64,000 nt of DNA from Deltaproteobacteria bacterium (GTDB lineage Bacteria; UBA10199; JACPAL01; JAHFST01), in the NCBI GenBank assembly GCA_023265625.1, contig JAHFST010000004.1, positions 129,709 through 193,708 on the forward strand, written 5' to 3'. Position numbers and translations under genes: made by a program. The notes under the pieces are model-generated. The model was not told the DNA's origin. It made no database searches and worked only from the letters and a program-made list of their open reading frames with translations. Shown here piece after piece: positions 31,294 to 40,664 of this stretch (its first letter is position 1; each line of letters begins with the position of its first letter).

Positions 31294-31698
31294 ATGAAAA
31301 GAAAATTATTAATAATTTCAATGGTTTGCAATATTGGTTTTTTGGCCAGTTGCGCCAAGACCGGGTCGATCCATGCCAATCGAGCCATTATTCCGCCGCC
31401 GACTTTTATCACGGAGGGGACGGCCTCGTGGTATGGCAAGCAATTCCACGGTCGCAAAACCGCCAGTGGCGAGCGTTTTAACACTTACGCCCTGACCTGT
31501 GCACATCGGACACTGCCCTTTGGGACACGTTTGAAGGTCATTAATGTGAACAATGGCCGGGAAACCATCGTCATCGTGAATGACCGAGGCCCCTTTATTC
31601 GATCACGAGTCCTGGATGTCTCGCTAGCCGCCGCCGAAGAGTTGCAATTTATCGGGCAAGGAACCGCGTTGGTTCGTATTGAACGGATGAATGACTAG
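31294..31698 (+). CDS. rlpA: RlpA-like double-psi beta-barrel lipoprotein (septal lytic transglycosylase family)
   Basis: About 134 aa from MKRKLL with lipobox LASC. The DPBB signature GTASWYGKQFHGRKTASGERF is present. Confidence 0.75.
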   Translation: MKRKLLIISMVCNIGFLASCAKTGSIHANRAIIPPPTFITEGTASWYGKQFHGRKTASGERFNTYALTCAHRTLPFGTRLKVINVNNGRETIVIVNDRGPFIRSRVLDVSLAAAEELQFIGQGTALVRIERMND

Positions 31699-32560
31699 AC
31701 CCTCGCACCCCATTCGCGGCTTCATCACCTCACTGATTCTTTGCACCACCCTGCTTTTTTGTAATGCCCTCCAAATTGCGAGTATATTGGTCAAACCGAT
31801 CGCCCCAACCCTGTTTCGCCGCATCAACCGCGAGATCGTCAATGCCTGGTGGGGACTCTGCGTGATTTGGGCGGAACGCCTTTATGGGATGAAACTCATC
31901 ATCACCGGCGACCCCATTCCGGCTCAAGAAAACGCGATCGTCATCTTGAACCACCAAGCCATGGTGGATATTCCCATCATGCTGGCCTTTGGTTTACGCA
32001 AGGGGCGACTGGGTGATTTGAAGTGGTTTGTCAAGGATGTCATCAAGTACGTCCCGGGAGTGGGCTGGGGGATGTTGTTTATCAACTGTCTCTTCATCAA
32101 GCGCGATTGGACGGCGGACCGTGACTATATCGAATCCGTTTTTGCCAAGATTGTCGACAACCGCATTCCTTCCTGGATTGTCTCGTTCGTGGAAGGCACC
32201 AGGCTCCGCCCCAAAAAACTGGCCTTGAGCCAACAGCACGCGCGAGAACGCGGACTGGTCCCCACCCATCACGTCATGATCCCGCGCACCAAGGGATTCG
32301 TCGCCACCACGCAAGCCCTGCGCAATCACGTCACGGCGGTTTACGATCTGACCATCGGTTACCTGGATGGCCCGCCCACCCTATGGCAATGGGTGCAGGG
32401 GCTCGTGCCCGAGGTCCATCTCCATACCCGCCGTTTCCCCATCGAGACACTCCCCACCGAAGAAAAAGCCCTCTCCGATTGGCTCTTGCAACTTTTTCAA
32501 GAGAAAGACCGGTTACTTGAAAATTTTTATCAGAATAAGAGATTCTCATTTCTTAAATGA
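31691..32560 (+). CDS. 1-acyl-sn-glycerol-3-phosphate (lysophospholipid) acyltransferase
   Basis: 289 aa. It has an N-terminal TM helix, the HX4D motif NHQAMVD and the FVEGTR motif. Confidence 0.75.
   Translation: MTRPSHPIRGFITSLILCTTLLFCNALQIASILVKPIAPTLFRRINREIVNAWWGLCVIWAERLYGMKLIITGDPIPAQENAIVILNHQAMVDIPIMLAFGLRKGRLGDLKWFVKDVIKYVPGVGWGMLFINCLFIKRDWTADRDYIESVFAKIVDNRIPSWIVSFVEGTRLRPKKLALSQQHARERGLVPTHHVMIPRTKGFVATTQALRNHVTAVYDLTIGYLDGPPTLWQWVQGLVPEVHLHTRRFPIETLPTEEKALSDWLLQLFQEKDRLLENFYQNKRFSFLK
32520..32554. repeat. Direct repeat copy A (35 bp, aaaatttttatcagaataagagattctcatttctt)
   Basis: 32 of 35 positions match copy B at 33049..33083. It lies at the 3' end of the acyltransferase gene. 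Confidence 0.7.
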
Positions 32561-33135
32561 TGACCAAATCCCTCTCAGAACTCAACCCCACCGGCCAACT
32601 TCTCCTCTACCAAGCCGAGGATGGCCTGACCAAACTCGAAGTGAAATTGGTGGACGAAACTGTTTGGCTGACTCAGTTGACTATGGCTGAACTATTTCAG
32701 ACGACTAAGCAAAACATCAGTCTGCACCTAAAAAACATACTTGAAGATGGGGAGTTAACTGAAGATCGAGTCGTCAAGGATTACTTGACAACTGCCGTTG
32801 ATGGTAAAAAATATCAGACAAAATTCTATAATCTCGAGGCCATCATCGCAGTAGGTTACCGGGTGCATTCTAAAAGAGGCACGCAATTTCGTCGCTGGGC
32901 CACGGAACGCCTGAACGAATACCTCGTCAAAGGTTTCACGATGGATGATGAGCGTCTGAAGCAAGTTTCCAATATCGGATCGGATTACTTCGATGAAATG
33001 TTGGAACGGATCAAGGATATCCGTTCCAGTGAGAAGCGATTCTACCAAAAAATTTTTATCAGAATAAAGGATTTTCATTTCTTTCCCAAACCGCAAAATC
33101 ATTCCCGGCGGGAAACAACTCTGACTGAGAGCTGA
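32557..33135 (+). CDS. rhuM: RhuM-family virulence/island protein, 3'-truncated fragment
   Basis: 192 aa. The N-terminus (LLLYQAEDGLTKLEVKLVDETVWLTQLTMAELFQTTKQNISLHLKNI) is characteristic of RhuM. Full-length proteins are about 330 aa, and homology ends at RFYQK where repeat copy B begins. The region is AT-rich relative to its flanks. Confidence 0.65.
   Translation: MMTKSLSELNPTGQLLLYQAEDGLTKLEVKLVDETVWLTQLTMAELFQTTKQNISLHLKNILEDGELTEDRVVKDYLTTAVDGKKYQTKFYNLEAIIAVGYRVHSKRGTQFRRWATERLNEYLVKGFTMDDERLKQVSNIGSDYFDEMLERIKDIRSSEKRFYQKIFIRIKDFHFFPKPQNHSRRETTLTES
33049..33083. repeat. Direct repeat copy B
   Basis: It matches copy A. It overlaps the truncated 3' end of rhuM and the 3' end of the minus-strand 610-aa gene. 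Confidence 0.7.
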
Positions 33136-34891
33136 GCAGGATTGGGCTCACATTGTCCAACTGCAAGACCCCGGTAAAAAAAGTTTCGAGGAAGCGCGCC
33201 ATCTGGTTGGAGGGTAGCGAGGGCTCCAACCAAGGCCGGACATTGGAGGGATGTTGCAGGACCAAACGACCGCCCGGGCGCAGGGCGCAAACCGACGCCG
33301 CGACTTGGCTCATATCTTCCGGATAAAACAAATAGACTCGGTCGGCGGTTTTGGCAAAGCGTTCCAAAAATGCCGCCTGCGAGAGCTTCTTGCCACGGAT
33401 CGTAACCCCCTGCCGACTGATATCCAGGTGTTGAACACTCCCACGCCGCCCGGCGGCACACACCCCCGCCTTCATCAGCCGCTTATCAAAACGGGCATCT
33501 CCCACAAAAAACGTCGTGGCATCTTTTCCCCTTGGGTACACGAGGGCCTGGTGAATTCTTGTTTGATCAATCGGTTTGGCCAGACCTTCGCGGAACGTCA
33601 AGGCCGTGGGAAACGTGGCCTTGATCCAATCGATATGCCCTGCAAACATCGCCGGATCCATCGTGGCCAGATGCCGGGGGACCAACCGTACCACCATCTG
33701 GGAAAGCGTCTGCCGGCACAGGGCCTCGCTCTGACTCTGGGAATGAAACTGCAAACATTCGTTGGTCTCCGAGACAATTTTTCCCCATTCCGGTTCCGGG
33801 GGCGGCCATTGGCCCGCCGCATGTCGCAACCAACCGTTGAACGGGACTGTATACCGGCAAAGATAACTGAACGAATGCCGCGCCACGCGCTTGGCCCGGG
33901 TCTGAAACCAGCGTAAAAAAGGGGTCAGCACGCCATGTGAGGAACGTTCCAGTTGCGCGGTGGGCACCACCTCCGTCTCAAGCGCCCGTAACCAAGTGAG
34001 CGGCACAAAGCCTTGCCTCGATTCGAACTCGAGAATTTTTCTTTGCCGATCCGACACTTTTAGAAAAAGCAGGCCCGCCGTGTGAGAGACAGACCGCCGT
34101 TGAAAAATATTAATGACATTGCCGGTCAGGTTGATCAAGGCCCACGGGGTTTGGTACACAGGACGGGTGTCACGAAACTGTCGCTCGATCTTAAAATCGG
34201 CCTCATGTTCGGGAGGGTTGAGTATCTGCAGGAACTGCGGCGAGATATCACCCCGGTCTTGTGTCACGAGAATACCGCCGGGTTTCAACGTGTTAAAAAC
34301 CGTGGTCGCGCTGGAAAGATCGTTGGTGTAAAAAAGGTAGATGACATCAACGGAGTTTTGGTGTTGCCGCATGAACTCTGGATCGGAATAAGAAGTCAGA
34401 TGAAACGTCAATCGTCCCTGACTTACCGATCCCGCAAAATAAGCCTGCAAGGACTGCATCGCCTCGGAATCATGCTCCACCACCAAGACCCGATCGCCAC
34501 GCCCCAGGGCTAGTTCAATGGTGCGATAATCGTATCCTGCCCCTAGAATCATGGTGGTCTTGCGAGAGGCGACACCCTGCAGGGATGACACCGCCCCTTC
34601 CACTTCCGATTGGCCAATACATCTCACTTGAGTCGGTATCATCGGAAACAAACGTCGCAGCGCCGTTTCATATTTTGGAAAATCCGGCTCTAAGGGCAAC
34701 ATCAGGGCCAAACTATCGGCAATGGCATAGGCAAAAGGGGTTAATCGATTGTGATCGATAGGGCCTCCTGATTGGAACACCTCCCATAATTCTTGTTTCA
34801 GCTCCGACCAGGGCACATCCTGCTTAAAAAGCCTCGCTTGTCCGGCTTCAGCGGTAAAGCGGCCCCACAATTTATCAAGTAAACCGAACAT
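33059..34891 (-). CDS. Protein with two tandem Rossmann-fold (class I methyltransferase / spermidine synthase-like) modules
   Basis: 610 aa. Two repeats of a Gly-rich nucleotide-binding motif followed by an (L/V)(K/R)PGG(I/R)LV motif are present: ILGAGYD...LKPGGILV and LRPGGRLVL. No closer family is recognised. Confidence 0.4.
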   Translation of the reverse strand: MFGLLDKLWGRFTAEAGQARLFKQDVPWSELKQELWEVFQSGGPIDHNRLTPFAYAIADSLALMLPLEPDFPKYETALRRLFPMIPTQVRCIGQSEVEGAVSSLQGVASRKTTMILGAGYDYRTIELALGRGDRVLVVEHDSEAMQSLQAYFAGSVSQGRLTFHLTSYSDPEFMRQHQNSVDVIYLFYTNDLSSATTVFNTLKPGGILVTQDRGDISPQFLQILNPPEHEADFKIERQFRDTRPVYQTPWALINLTGNVINIFQRRSVSHTAGLLFLKVSDRQRKILEFESRQGFVPLTWLRALETEVVPTAQLERSSHGVLTPFLRWFQTRAKRVARHSFSYLCRYTVPFNGWLRHAAGQWPPPEPEWGKIVSETNECLQFHSQSQSEALCRQTLSQMVVRLVPRHLATMDPAMFAGHIDWIKATFPTALTFREGLAKPIDQTRIHQALVYPRGKDATTFFVGDARFDKRLMKAGVCAAGRRGSVQHLDISRQGVTIRGKKLSQAAFLERFAKTADRVYLFYPEDMSQVAASVCALRPGGRLVLQHPSNVRPWLEPSLPSNQMARFLETFFTGVLQLDNVSPILLSSQSELFPAGNDFAVWERNENPLF

Positions 34892-35045
34892 TTTTGGATT
34901 CCCCCACCCAATATGACAAAAAAGTAGGCTGCAAACAACGCGCCAAGTTATTTGAGAAAAATCCGTGCCTATTTTTTATTTTTGCGGGGCAAGAACGGGA
35001 AATAATGGGACAATCTTTCCCCCAACAGCAGGAAAAAATCGCCCC

Positions 35046-36185
35046 TTATTTATCGAGTCCGTAGATATCGTTGCGAAATTGCATGACGCCAGCCGCATCC
35101 ACCCAAGCGGTCTGATAATAAAGATAAACGGGCAGGGTATTCGTTAATTTAACAAACTGTTCTGTGCCACGATTGATGGCGGCCTTGATCCTCTCCTCGG
35201 TCCAGGGATTTGGTTCTTGGCCCAAGATCGCCACCGCGAGATCCAAGGGTTTTTGTACCCGAATACACCCATGGCTCAGGGCCCGTGCGCTCCTTTGAAA
35301 GAAACTCTTCGATGGGGTGTCATGCAGGTAGACATCATATTGATTTGGAAAGAGAAATTTGACTCTGCCTAGGGCATTCCCCGCCCCTGAATCCTGATGA
35401 AAGGTATATTGCCGCCACTGGGCGGCATCTTCCCAATCGATCGTCGCCGGATCCACCTCTTGGACCTTGCCATCCTGGTTCGTCAAAACCCTCATCCCCT
35501 TTTTGGCCAGATAATTAGGATCCTTCTTAATATCGGGGATCACCTCTTTGACCGCTATCTTGGTCGGGACATGCCAGCGGGGATTAAACACAATATGGGT
35601 CATCTGGGCATGAAAGATGGGCGTCTGCCAATTCCGCATCCCCACCACCACGCGCATCGTGAGCTGCGGTTTGTCGCCCTCCATCAGGGACAGGGTATAA
35701 TCCGGGATGTTCACGGCTACATAACGCCCTTCCATTAGGCCGGGTCGCTCGCCCCACCGCACCAAATTACGTTCGATTTGGTGAGTGCGCTGTTCCAAGG
35801 AAACATTCAAGGCCACCAAGGTCGATGGGCCAATCGTCCCATCCGGATCAATCCCATGACGTTCTTGAAACCGTTTCACCGCCGCGACCAATGCCTCATC
35901 ATAAAGGTCGGGTTGGCGGGACTTTAATTGTTTGGCACTATCGGTAACCATCAAACGCGCCCGCAAGACAGCGACCCTGGGCCCCTGCTCTCCCGGCTCA
36001 ATCTTGGGCCCGGGCGGAATCGAAGGCCAGCCCCCCTCCTGCTTCTTGGCTAATTTTTGATGGGCCTCTAAGGCACGTTGCAGTTGTTGATAGGCCGGAT
36101 CTTTCGCATCAGACTCCTGCGCAAGCCCAGTCCCCGCACTGAACAGACCAACACACACCGCCATGAAAAGAGAAAGTCGTCTCAC
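35046..36185 (-). CDS. L,D-transpeptidase (YkuD/ErfK family) with a peptidoglycan-binding domain
   Basis: 379 aa. It has a signal peptide, a PG_binding_1-like segment (VKRFQERHGIDPDGTIGPSTL) and the catalytic motif LSHGCIRV. Confidence 0.8.
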   Translation of the reverse strand: MRRLSLFMAVCVGLFSAGTGLAQESDAKDPAYQQLQRALEAHQKLAKKQEGGWPSIPPGPKIEPGEQGPRVAVLRARLMVTDSAKQLKSRQPDLYDEALVAAVKRFQERHGIDPDGTIGPSTLVALNVSLEQRTHQIERNLVRWGERPGLMEGRYVAVNIPDYTLSLMEGDKPQLTMRVVVGMRNWQTPIFHAQMTHIVFNPRWHVPTKIAVKEVIPDIKKDPNYLAKKGMRVLTNQDGKVQEVDPATIDWEDAAQWRQYTFHQDSGAGNALGRVKFLFPNQYDVYLHDTPSKSFFQRSARALSHGCIRVQKPLDLAVAILGQEPNPWTEERIKAAINRGTEQFVKLTNTLPVYLYYQTAWVDAAGVMQFRNDIYGLDK

Positions 36186-36857
36186 CTAGAGCTTTTTCTT
36201 GGAGAAATACCAATCCGTGACTTGAAATTCCTTCATTTGCACGCGCTCGTGGGCCGCCTGTGCCGTGGTCGGTGGCGGGACAATCACATCCTCACCCGGC
36301 CGCCAATTCGCGGGACAGGCCACCGCATGTTTATCCACCGTCTGCAAGGCATCCACTACCCGGACAATTTCGTCAAAATTTCGACCCACATTGAGGGGAT
36401 AATAAATCATCGCCCGCAAGGTGCGTTTGGGATCGATAAAGAAGACACACCGCACCGTCGCCGTCGCGGCACTGGGGGTGTGAACCATGCCATAAAGACG
36501 GGACACCTTTTGATCCAAATCGGCAATGACGGGAAACTTGATCTTCACCCCAAACTTCTCTTCGATATTGCGCGTCCAGGCGATGTGGCTAAAAACACTG
36601 TCGATCGAATTCCCGAGCAAGGCCACATTCTTCTTCTCTAAATCATCGGTGCGCTTGGCGAACTCGATAAATTCGGTGGTACAAACCGGGGTAAAATCGG
36701 CCGGATGGGAAAACAAAATGACCCACTTCCCCTCCTGCCAGGTCGACAACCGCAACGGCCCATGGGTCGAGTTCGCTTCAAAATCCGGGGCCGGACCATT
36801 CAACTCCAGTCGGGGCACGGTCACTTCAACAGCACTTGGATTGGCGATAGCATTCAT
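36186..36857 (-). CDS. 1-Cys peroxiredoxin (Prx6 subfamily)
   Basis: About 223 aa from the internal Met (MNAIANP). It has a peroxidatic Cys in the FTPVCTTE motif within a thioredoxin fold. Confidence 0.8.
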   Translation of the reverse strand: MNAIANPSAVEVTVPRLELNGPAPDFEANSTHGPLRLSTWQEGKWVILFSHPADFTPVCTTEFIEFAKRTDDLEKKNVALLGNSIDSVFSHIAWTRNIEEKFGVKIKFPVIADLDQKVSRLYGMVHTPSAATATVRCVFFIDPKRTLRAMIYYPLNVGRNFDEIVRVVDALQTVDKHAVACPANWRPGEDVIVPPPTTAQAAHERVQMKEFQVTDWYFSKKKL

Positions 36858-37009
36858 AAAAATCTCCTTAATTTGAAACAGCGGAATCTTCCTAACGCCA
36901 TCGAAAGACGACGTCCAGGGCAAAATAAATCCTTGGATCTTATTTTGCCTTCAGTTCTCGCCTCTGTTTTAGTTGAATTTTTTTGATATTTTCTGCAACA
37001 GGAAGACTC

Positions 37010-37711
37010 TCAGGCATGGTCCTTACCGGTAATTCGCTCCCTCCTGATCTTTTCCTCTGTCTGTGTCGCACGAAAAAGATTAGCGGCCAGCTCCGTACTC
37101 CCCATATGATCGAGGATTTGCTCGTTTTTTTTCAACTTCTTCCGATGATGAATATCCTGGGCCGTCATACCACCGTACAACCCCATGTAACCGTGGTTCT
37201 GAAAGATGGCATAGTCGATGGAAGTAATGACACCGGCACGCTTTGCTGTCTCGGCCAGTCGTGTATTGTGAATCTTCATTTCATCCCTGAGAAGAAGTCG
37301 GCGTCCGACCTCGGTCGCCTGATCAGCAATCTCCTGTCGTCTTGTTTGAACAGCAAAATAGGTCTGGCCCAAGGCCACAATCTCTTTTGAAGGATCCGCG
37401 TTTTGAATAACAAGATAGCAACCATACCGGGAAAGGAGCGTTGTCCGAACCTCACGTTGCCCTCCCTTGCCAATTTCGATCATTTCGGTGATATCAACAA
37501 AATGATCCTCGATGCGCTGCCCACTGTTAAAACAGGCCGTTCGGGCCTTTAAGACCACCTGTTCAAAATTTCGGTAATCCGTGTAACCGAGAACCTGGGC
37601 AAAATCTCGACTTGACCAGTATTCATGACCAGCATCGTTAGTACGGCGGATACGTTCGAAGGGGGAAATATTGCCGGGGGTGGCGGGAACTTTTTCAAGA
37701 TCGTTGGTCAT
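37010..37711 (-). CDS. dinD: DNA-damage-inducible protein D (DinD) family
   Basis: 233 aa. The N-terminal region (SPFERIRRTNDAGHEYWSSRDFAQVLGYTDYRNFEQVVLKARTAC) resembles E. coli DinD. Confidence 0.55.
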   Translation of the reverse strand: MTNDLEKVPATPGNISPFERIRRTNDAGHEYWSSRDFAQVLGYTDYRNFEQVVLKARTACFNSGQRIEDHFVDITEMIEIGKGGQREVRTTLLSRYGCYLVIQNADPSKEIVALGQTYFAVQTRRQEIADQATEVGRRLLLRDEMKIHNTRLAETAKRAGVITSIDYAIFQNHGYMGLYGGMTAQDIHHRKKLKKNEQILDHMGSTELAANLFRATQTEEKIRRERITGKDHA

Positions 37712-37782
37712 GGAGCACTTCCTAACCGTTGCAATAAATCATTACTGGAAAATATCCAGCAGAATGTTAATAGCCTCCCCCT

Positions 37783-39225
37783 GTGAACCAACCCACGGCG
37801 ACCAAACTATCCCAATTATTCGGCATCGACCTCCGCTCCCTCGCGCTGTTTCGGATCGGGACCGGGATACTCATCATCGCGGACCTGATTGATCGGAGCC
37901 GGGATCTTTCAGCTCATTACACCGACTTTGGGTTGCTGCCGCGTCATGCCCTGCTGGAAAAATTCGCCAATGTTTGGGACTGGTCGTTGTACAACTGGAG
38001 CGGGACCTTCCAGCTCGAGGCCTTGCTCTTTGTCGTGGCAGGGCTCTGTGCCGCCGCCTTGTTGGTGGGGTATCACACCCGGCTCGCCACTTGGGCCTCT
38101 TGGATCCTGCTGGTGTCCCTCCAGGCCCGCAACCCGATGGTGCTCCAGGCGGGCGATATTTTACTCCGACTCATGCTCTTTTGGGGACTCTTTCTGCCCC
38201 TCGGGGCGCGCTACTCCGTGGATCAATGGCGTCATCCAGACGCTGAGACGGGACCGGGTCTGGTCGTATCCGTCGCCACCATCGCCCTGTTGCTCCAAGT
38301 TTGTTTTGTCTACAGTTTCTCAGCCATTTTGAAGTGGCACCCCATCTGGATCAAAGACGGGACCGCCGTTTATTACGCCCTCAATATTGATCAAATGACC
38401 ACCCCGCTCGGCAACTTTATCCGACAGTTCCCATTATTCATGAAGGGCATGACCTTTGCGACTTATGCGCTGGAGGCCTTAGGCCCCTTCTTGTTTTTCT
38501 TCCCTTGGAAAAATGGCCCGATTCGAACGCTTATGATCGTTATCTTTATTAGTCTCCATCTAGGCTTGGGCCTCTGCCTGGAACTGGGATTGTTTCATTA
38601 TATCGATATGGCGAGCTTGATGGTGTTCCTCCCGGCTTGGTTTTGGGATCGTCGTCACCAAAACCGCCATCCTCCCATTCACCTCGATCTCTCCATTTGG
38701 AAAAACAGCCTGGCCCTCTGCTTCTTGATTTTTATCGTCCTGTGGAACCTGCAGACGGTCAGCGCGAAAAAATTCCCGCTTTCTCAAAAAATAGCCTGGC
38801 TGGGTCCCCTCCTGAAGATCGACCAGATGTGGGGCATGTTTGCGCCTTACCCGTTGATGGAGGATGGCTGGTACGTCATCCCGGGCAATTTACTCAATGG
38901 AAAACAAGTCGACTTGTTTCGCCAGGGACAGCCTGTCGATTGGAACAAACCCAAACTGGCCTCAACCCTGTACAAAAACCAACGCTGGCAAAAATACATG
39001 ATGAACATCTGGGGCGCCAATAACTACCCCTACCGACTCTACTACGGCCAATATCTCTGCCGGGATTGGAATACCCGCCATGAAGGACAGGAACAGGTCG
39101 ACAACTTTGAGATCACCTTCATGCGGGAGGACACCTTACCCAACTACCAGATAAAAGCCCCAGAGAAGGTGGTGATTTGGAAACACTATTGCTTCAAGGT
39201 TCCGGAGACCCTCCCGGTCAGGTAG
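37783..39225 (+). CDS. HTTM-domain (vitamin K-dependent gamma-carboxylase-like) membrane protein
   Basis: 480 aa. The characteristic N-terminus is LFGIDLRSLALFRIGTGILII, with multiple TM helices. Confidence 0.7.
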   Translation: MNQPTATKLSQLFGIDLRSLALFRIGTGILIIADLIDRSRDLSAHYTDFGLLPRHALLEKFANVWDWSLYNWSGTFQLEALLFVVAGLCAAALLVGYHTRLATWASWILLVSLQARNPMVLQAGDILLRLMLFWGLFLPLGARYSVDQWRHPDAETGPGLVVSVATIALLLQVCFVYSFSAILKWHPIWIKDGTAVYYALNIDQMTTPLGNFIRQFPLFMKGMTFATYALEALGPFLFFFPWKNGPIRTLMIVIFISLHLGLGLCLELGLFHYIDMASLMVFLPAWFWDRRHQNRHPPIHLDLSIWKNSLALCFLIFIVLWNLQTVSAKKFPLSQKIAWLGPLLKIDQMWGMFAPYPLMEDGWYVIPGNLLNGKQVDLFRQGQPVDWNKPKLASTLYKNQRWQKYMMNIWGANNYPYRLYYGQYLCRDWNTRHEGQEQVDNFEITFMREDTLPNYQIKAPEKVVIWKHYCFKVPETLPVR

Positions 39226-39245
39226 GGGTTCAAAATTTTGAACCC

Positions 39246-40664
39246 CTACATTTTCCGGGATTGCCCATTAGACAACTGTCCCAACCGATTGGTCAGCGTC
39301 CTCTCAAGTCTCAGCGGTTCCGGGGCCGGCGCGCCGGTCACCTCCTCCCACATCCAGGCCGGTTCCATACTGAGGTAGTGGGGGAATTCGTCGCTCCATG
39401 CGCGTAAGCCATGCCAGACTTGTCGGTACATCTCAATGCGGAGCTTTTTAAAGTAGCGCATCTTGCCATCCGGTGCGGCGATGAAGTCGTCGGCAAAAAT
39501 CTTGGTCTTGGGGAAACGTTGCGTGGCCACCTCCTTGAGGGCTCGATCGAACCGGAGACTTCCAATACTCACCCAGGCAATGCGACGGGGATCCAGTTTG
39601 TCGCTCAGTTGCGCCATCAGGCCTTGGTAGGCCTCCTGCCAACCGTCAAAGTGGATCATCGGATCCAAATGCAAACCGACTGGATAACCCGCCGCCTGAA
39701 TCCGTGCGGCCGCGTCAATCCGCTCCGTAATGGACGCGCATTTAAGCTCCTCCCGCATCGCAATCACTTCAGGCATTAACGACCAAGAAACCACCGTATG
39801 CCCTCGGGAATCGAGTTCAAGCAGATTGCCAATGCGGTCCGATTTTGTCTTCAGCTCCAAGAAGGCATTGGGCAGCCGCGCAAAAAACGGGACCAACTCC
39901 CGGCTGAGGGAAGTAAGATCGTCCAGCGCCAGGGAATCAGACAATTCACCGGTTCCGATGCGAAAAATACGTTCCGGTTCCTCCCGCACCCGCGCTTCGA
40001 TGGCCTGCAAAAAATCATCAATGTTCGCGGCGAGCGTCAGGACCGGATTATTTTTGAGATAGCTTTGCAGGATGCAATAGGTGCATTCCAGGTGGCAATT
40101 GGAGACCGGGTTAAAAACATAATCACCGCAGTTAACCGCGTGGCGAATCTTCGGGAACGGTTTTAAAAACGAGCCGCGATGCCGCACCAGGGCCAAGATC
40201 CGCTTGGCCTCCGTCATCGGGCCCGGCACCTTCCAGGCTCGAAAATCGTCAATTTCCTCCAACGGAATTTTGGGAAATTGAGTGCGGACCCTCACCGCCA
40301 TCGGAGAGGTCACAACCGACCGTTCCACGATCAAACTTTCCGGAGAAAAAGGCTGGAACGAACGAGAGGCCGCATCGATCTTCTCGCCCCACATCCCCCC
40401 CTCCTGTCTCACGCAACTCATCAGGTAGTCGCGAACCTGCCGCCCCAACGCCCGCGGCCCCCGGTTTTTCGATTCAGAACAAGTAAGGGCCGCCGCCTGC
40501 AAAATCGTCCCGGCCGATTGCTCACGCAACCGTGAAACATCTTCCACGGCCTCGAGGATTTCCAAAGAGAGATTCACGCCGACGGGATGATGTTCAAACC
40601 AAGCGGCCAGTCGGCCCCGTTCCCCATCGGGGAAACGCCCCAATTTTCGGGTCATCGTCTTCAT
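39246..40664 (-). CDS. Spore-photoproduct-lyase-like radical SAM protein with a ~150-aa N-terminal extension
   Basis: 472 aa. The Cys triad CHLECTYC is followed by an SPL/DNA-repair-photolyase-like TIM-barrel region. The N-terminal domain is unrecognised. Confidence 0.5.
   Translation of the reverse strand: MKTMTRKLGRFPDGERGRLAAWFEHHPVGVNLSLEILEAVEDVSRLREQSAGTILQAAALTCSESKNRGPRALGRQVRDYLMSCVRQEGGMWGEKIDAASRSFQPFSPESLIVERSVVTSPMAVRVRTQFPKIPLEEIDDFRAWKVPGPMTEAKRILALVRHRGSFLKPFPKIRHAVNCGDYVFNPVSNCHLECTYCILQSYLKNNPVLTLAANIDDFLQAIEARVREEPERIFRIGTGELSDSLALDDLTSLSRELVPFFARLPNAFLELKTKSDRIGNLLELDSRGHTVVSWSLMPEVIAMREELKCASITERIDAAARIQAAGYPVGLHLDPMIHFDGWQEAYQGLMAQLSDKLDPRRIAWVSIGSLRFDRALKEVATQRFPKTKIFADDFIAAPDGKMRYFKKLRIEMYRQVWHGLRAWSDEFPHYLSMEPAWMWEEVTGAPAPEPLRLERTLTNRLGQLSNGQSRKM

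Noticed and set aside
34892-35045. GGGAAA-N13-TTTCCC inverted repeat between the convergent 610-aa gene and the L,D-transpeptidase
   Set aside because: The stem is short and AT-poor. There is no T-tract in the correct orientation for either gene, so it was not called as a terminator.
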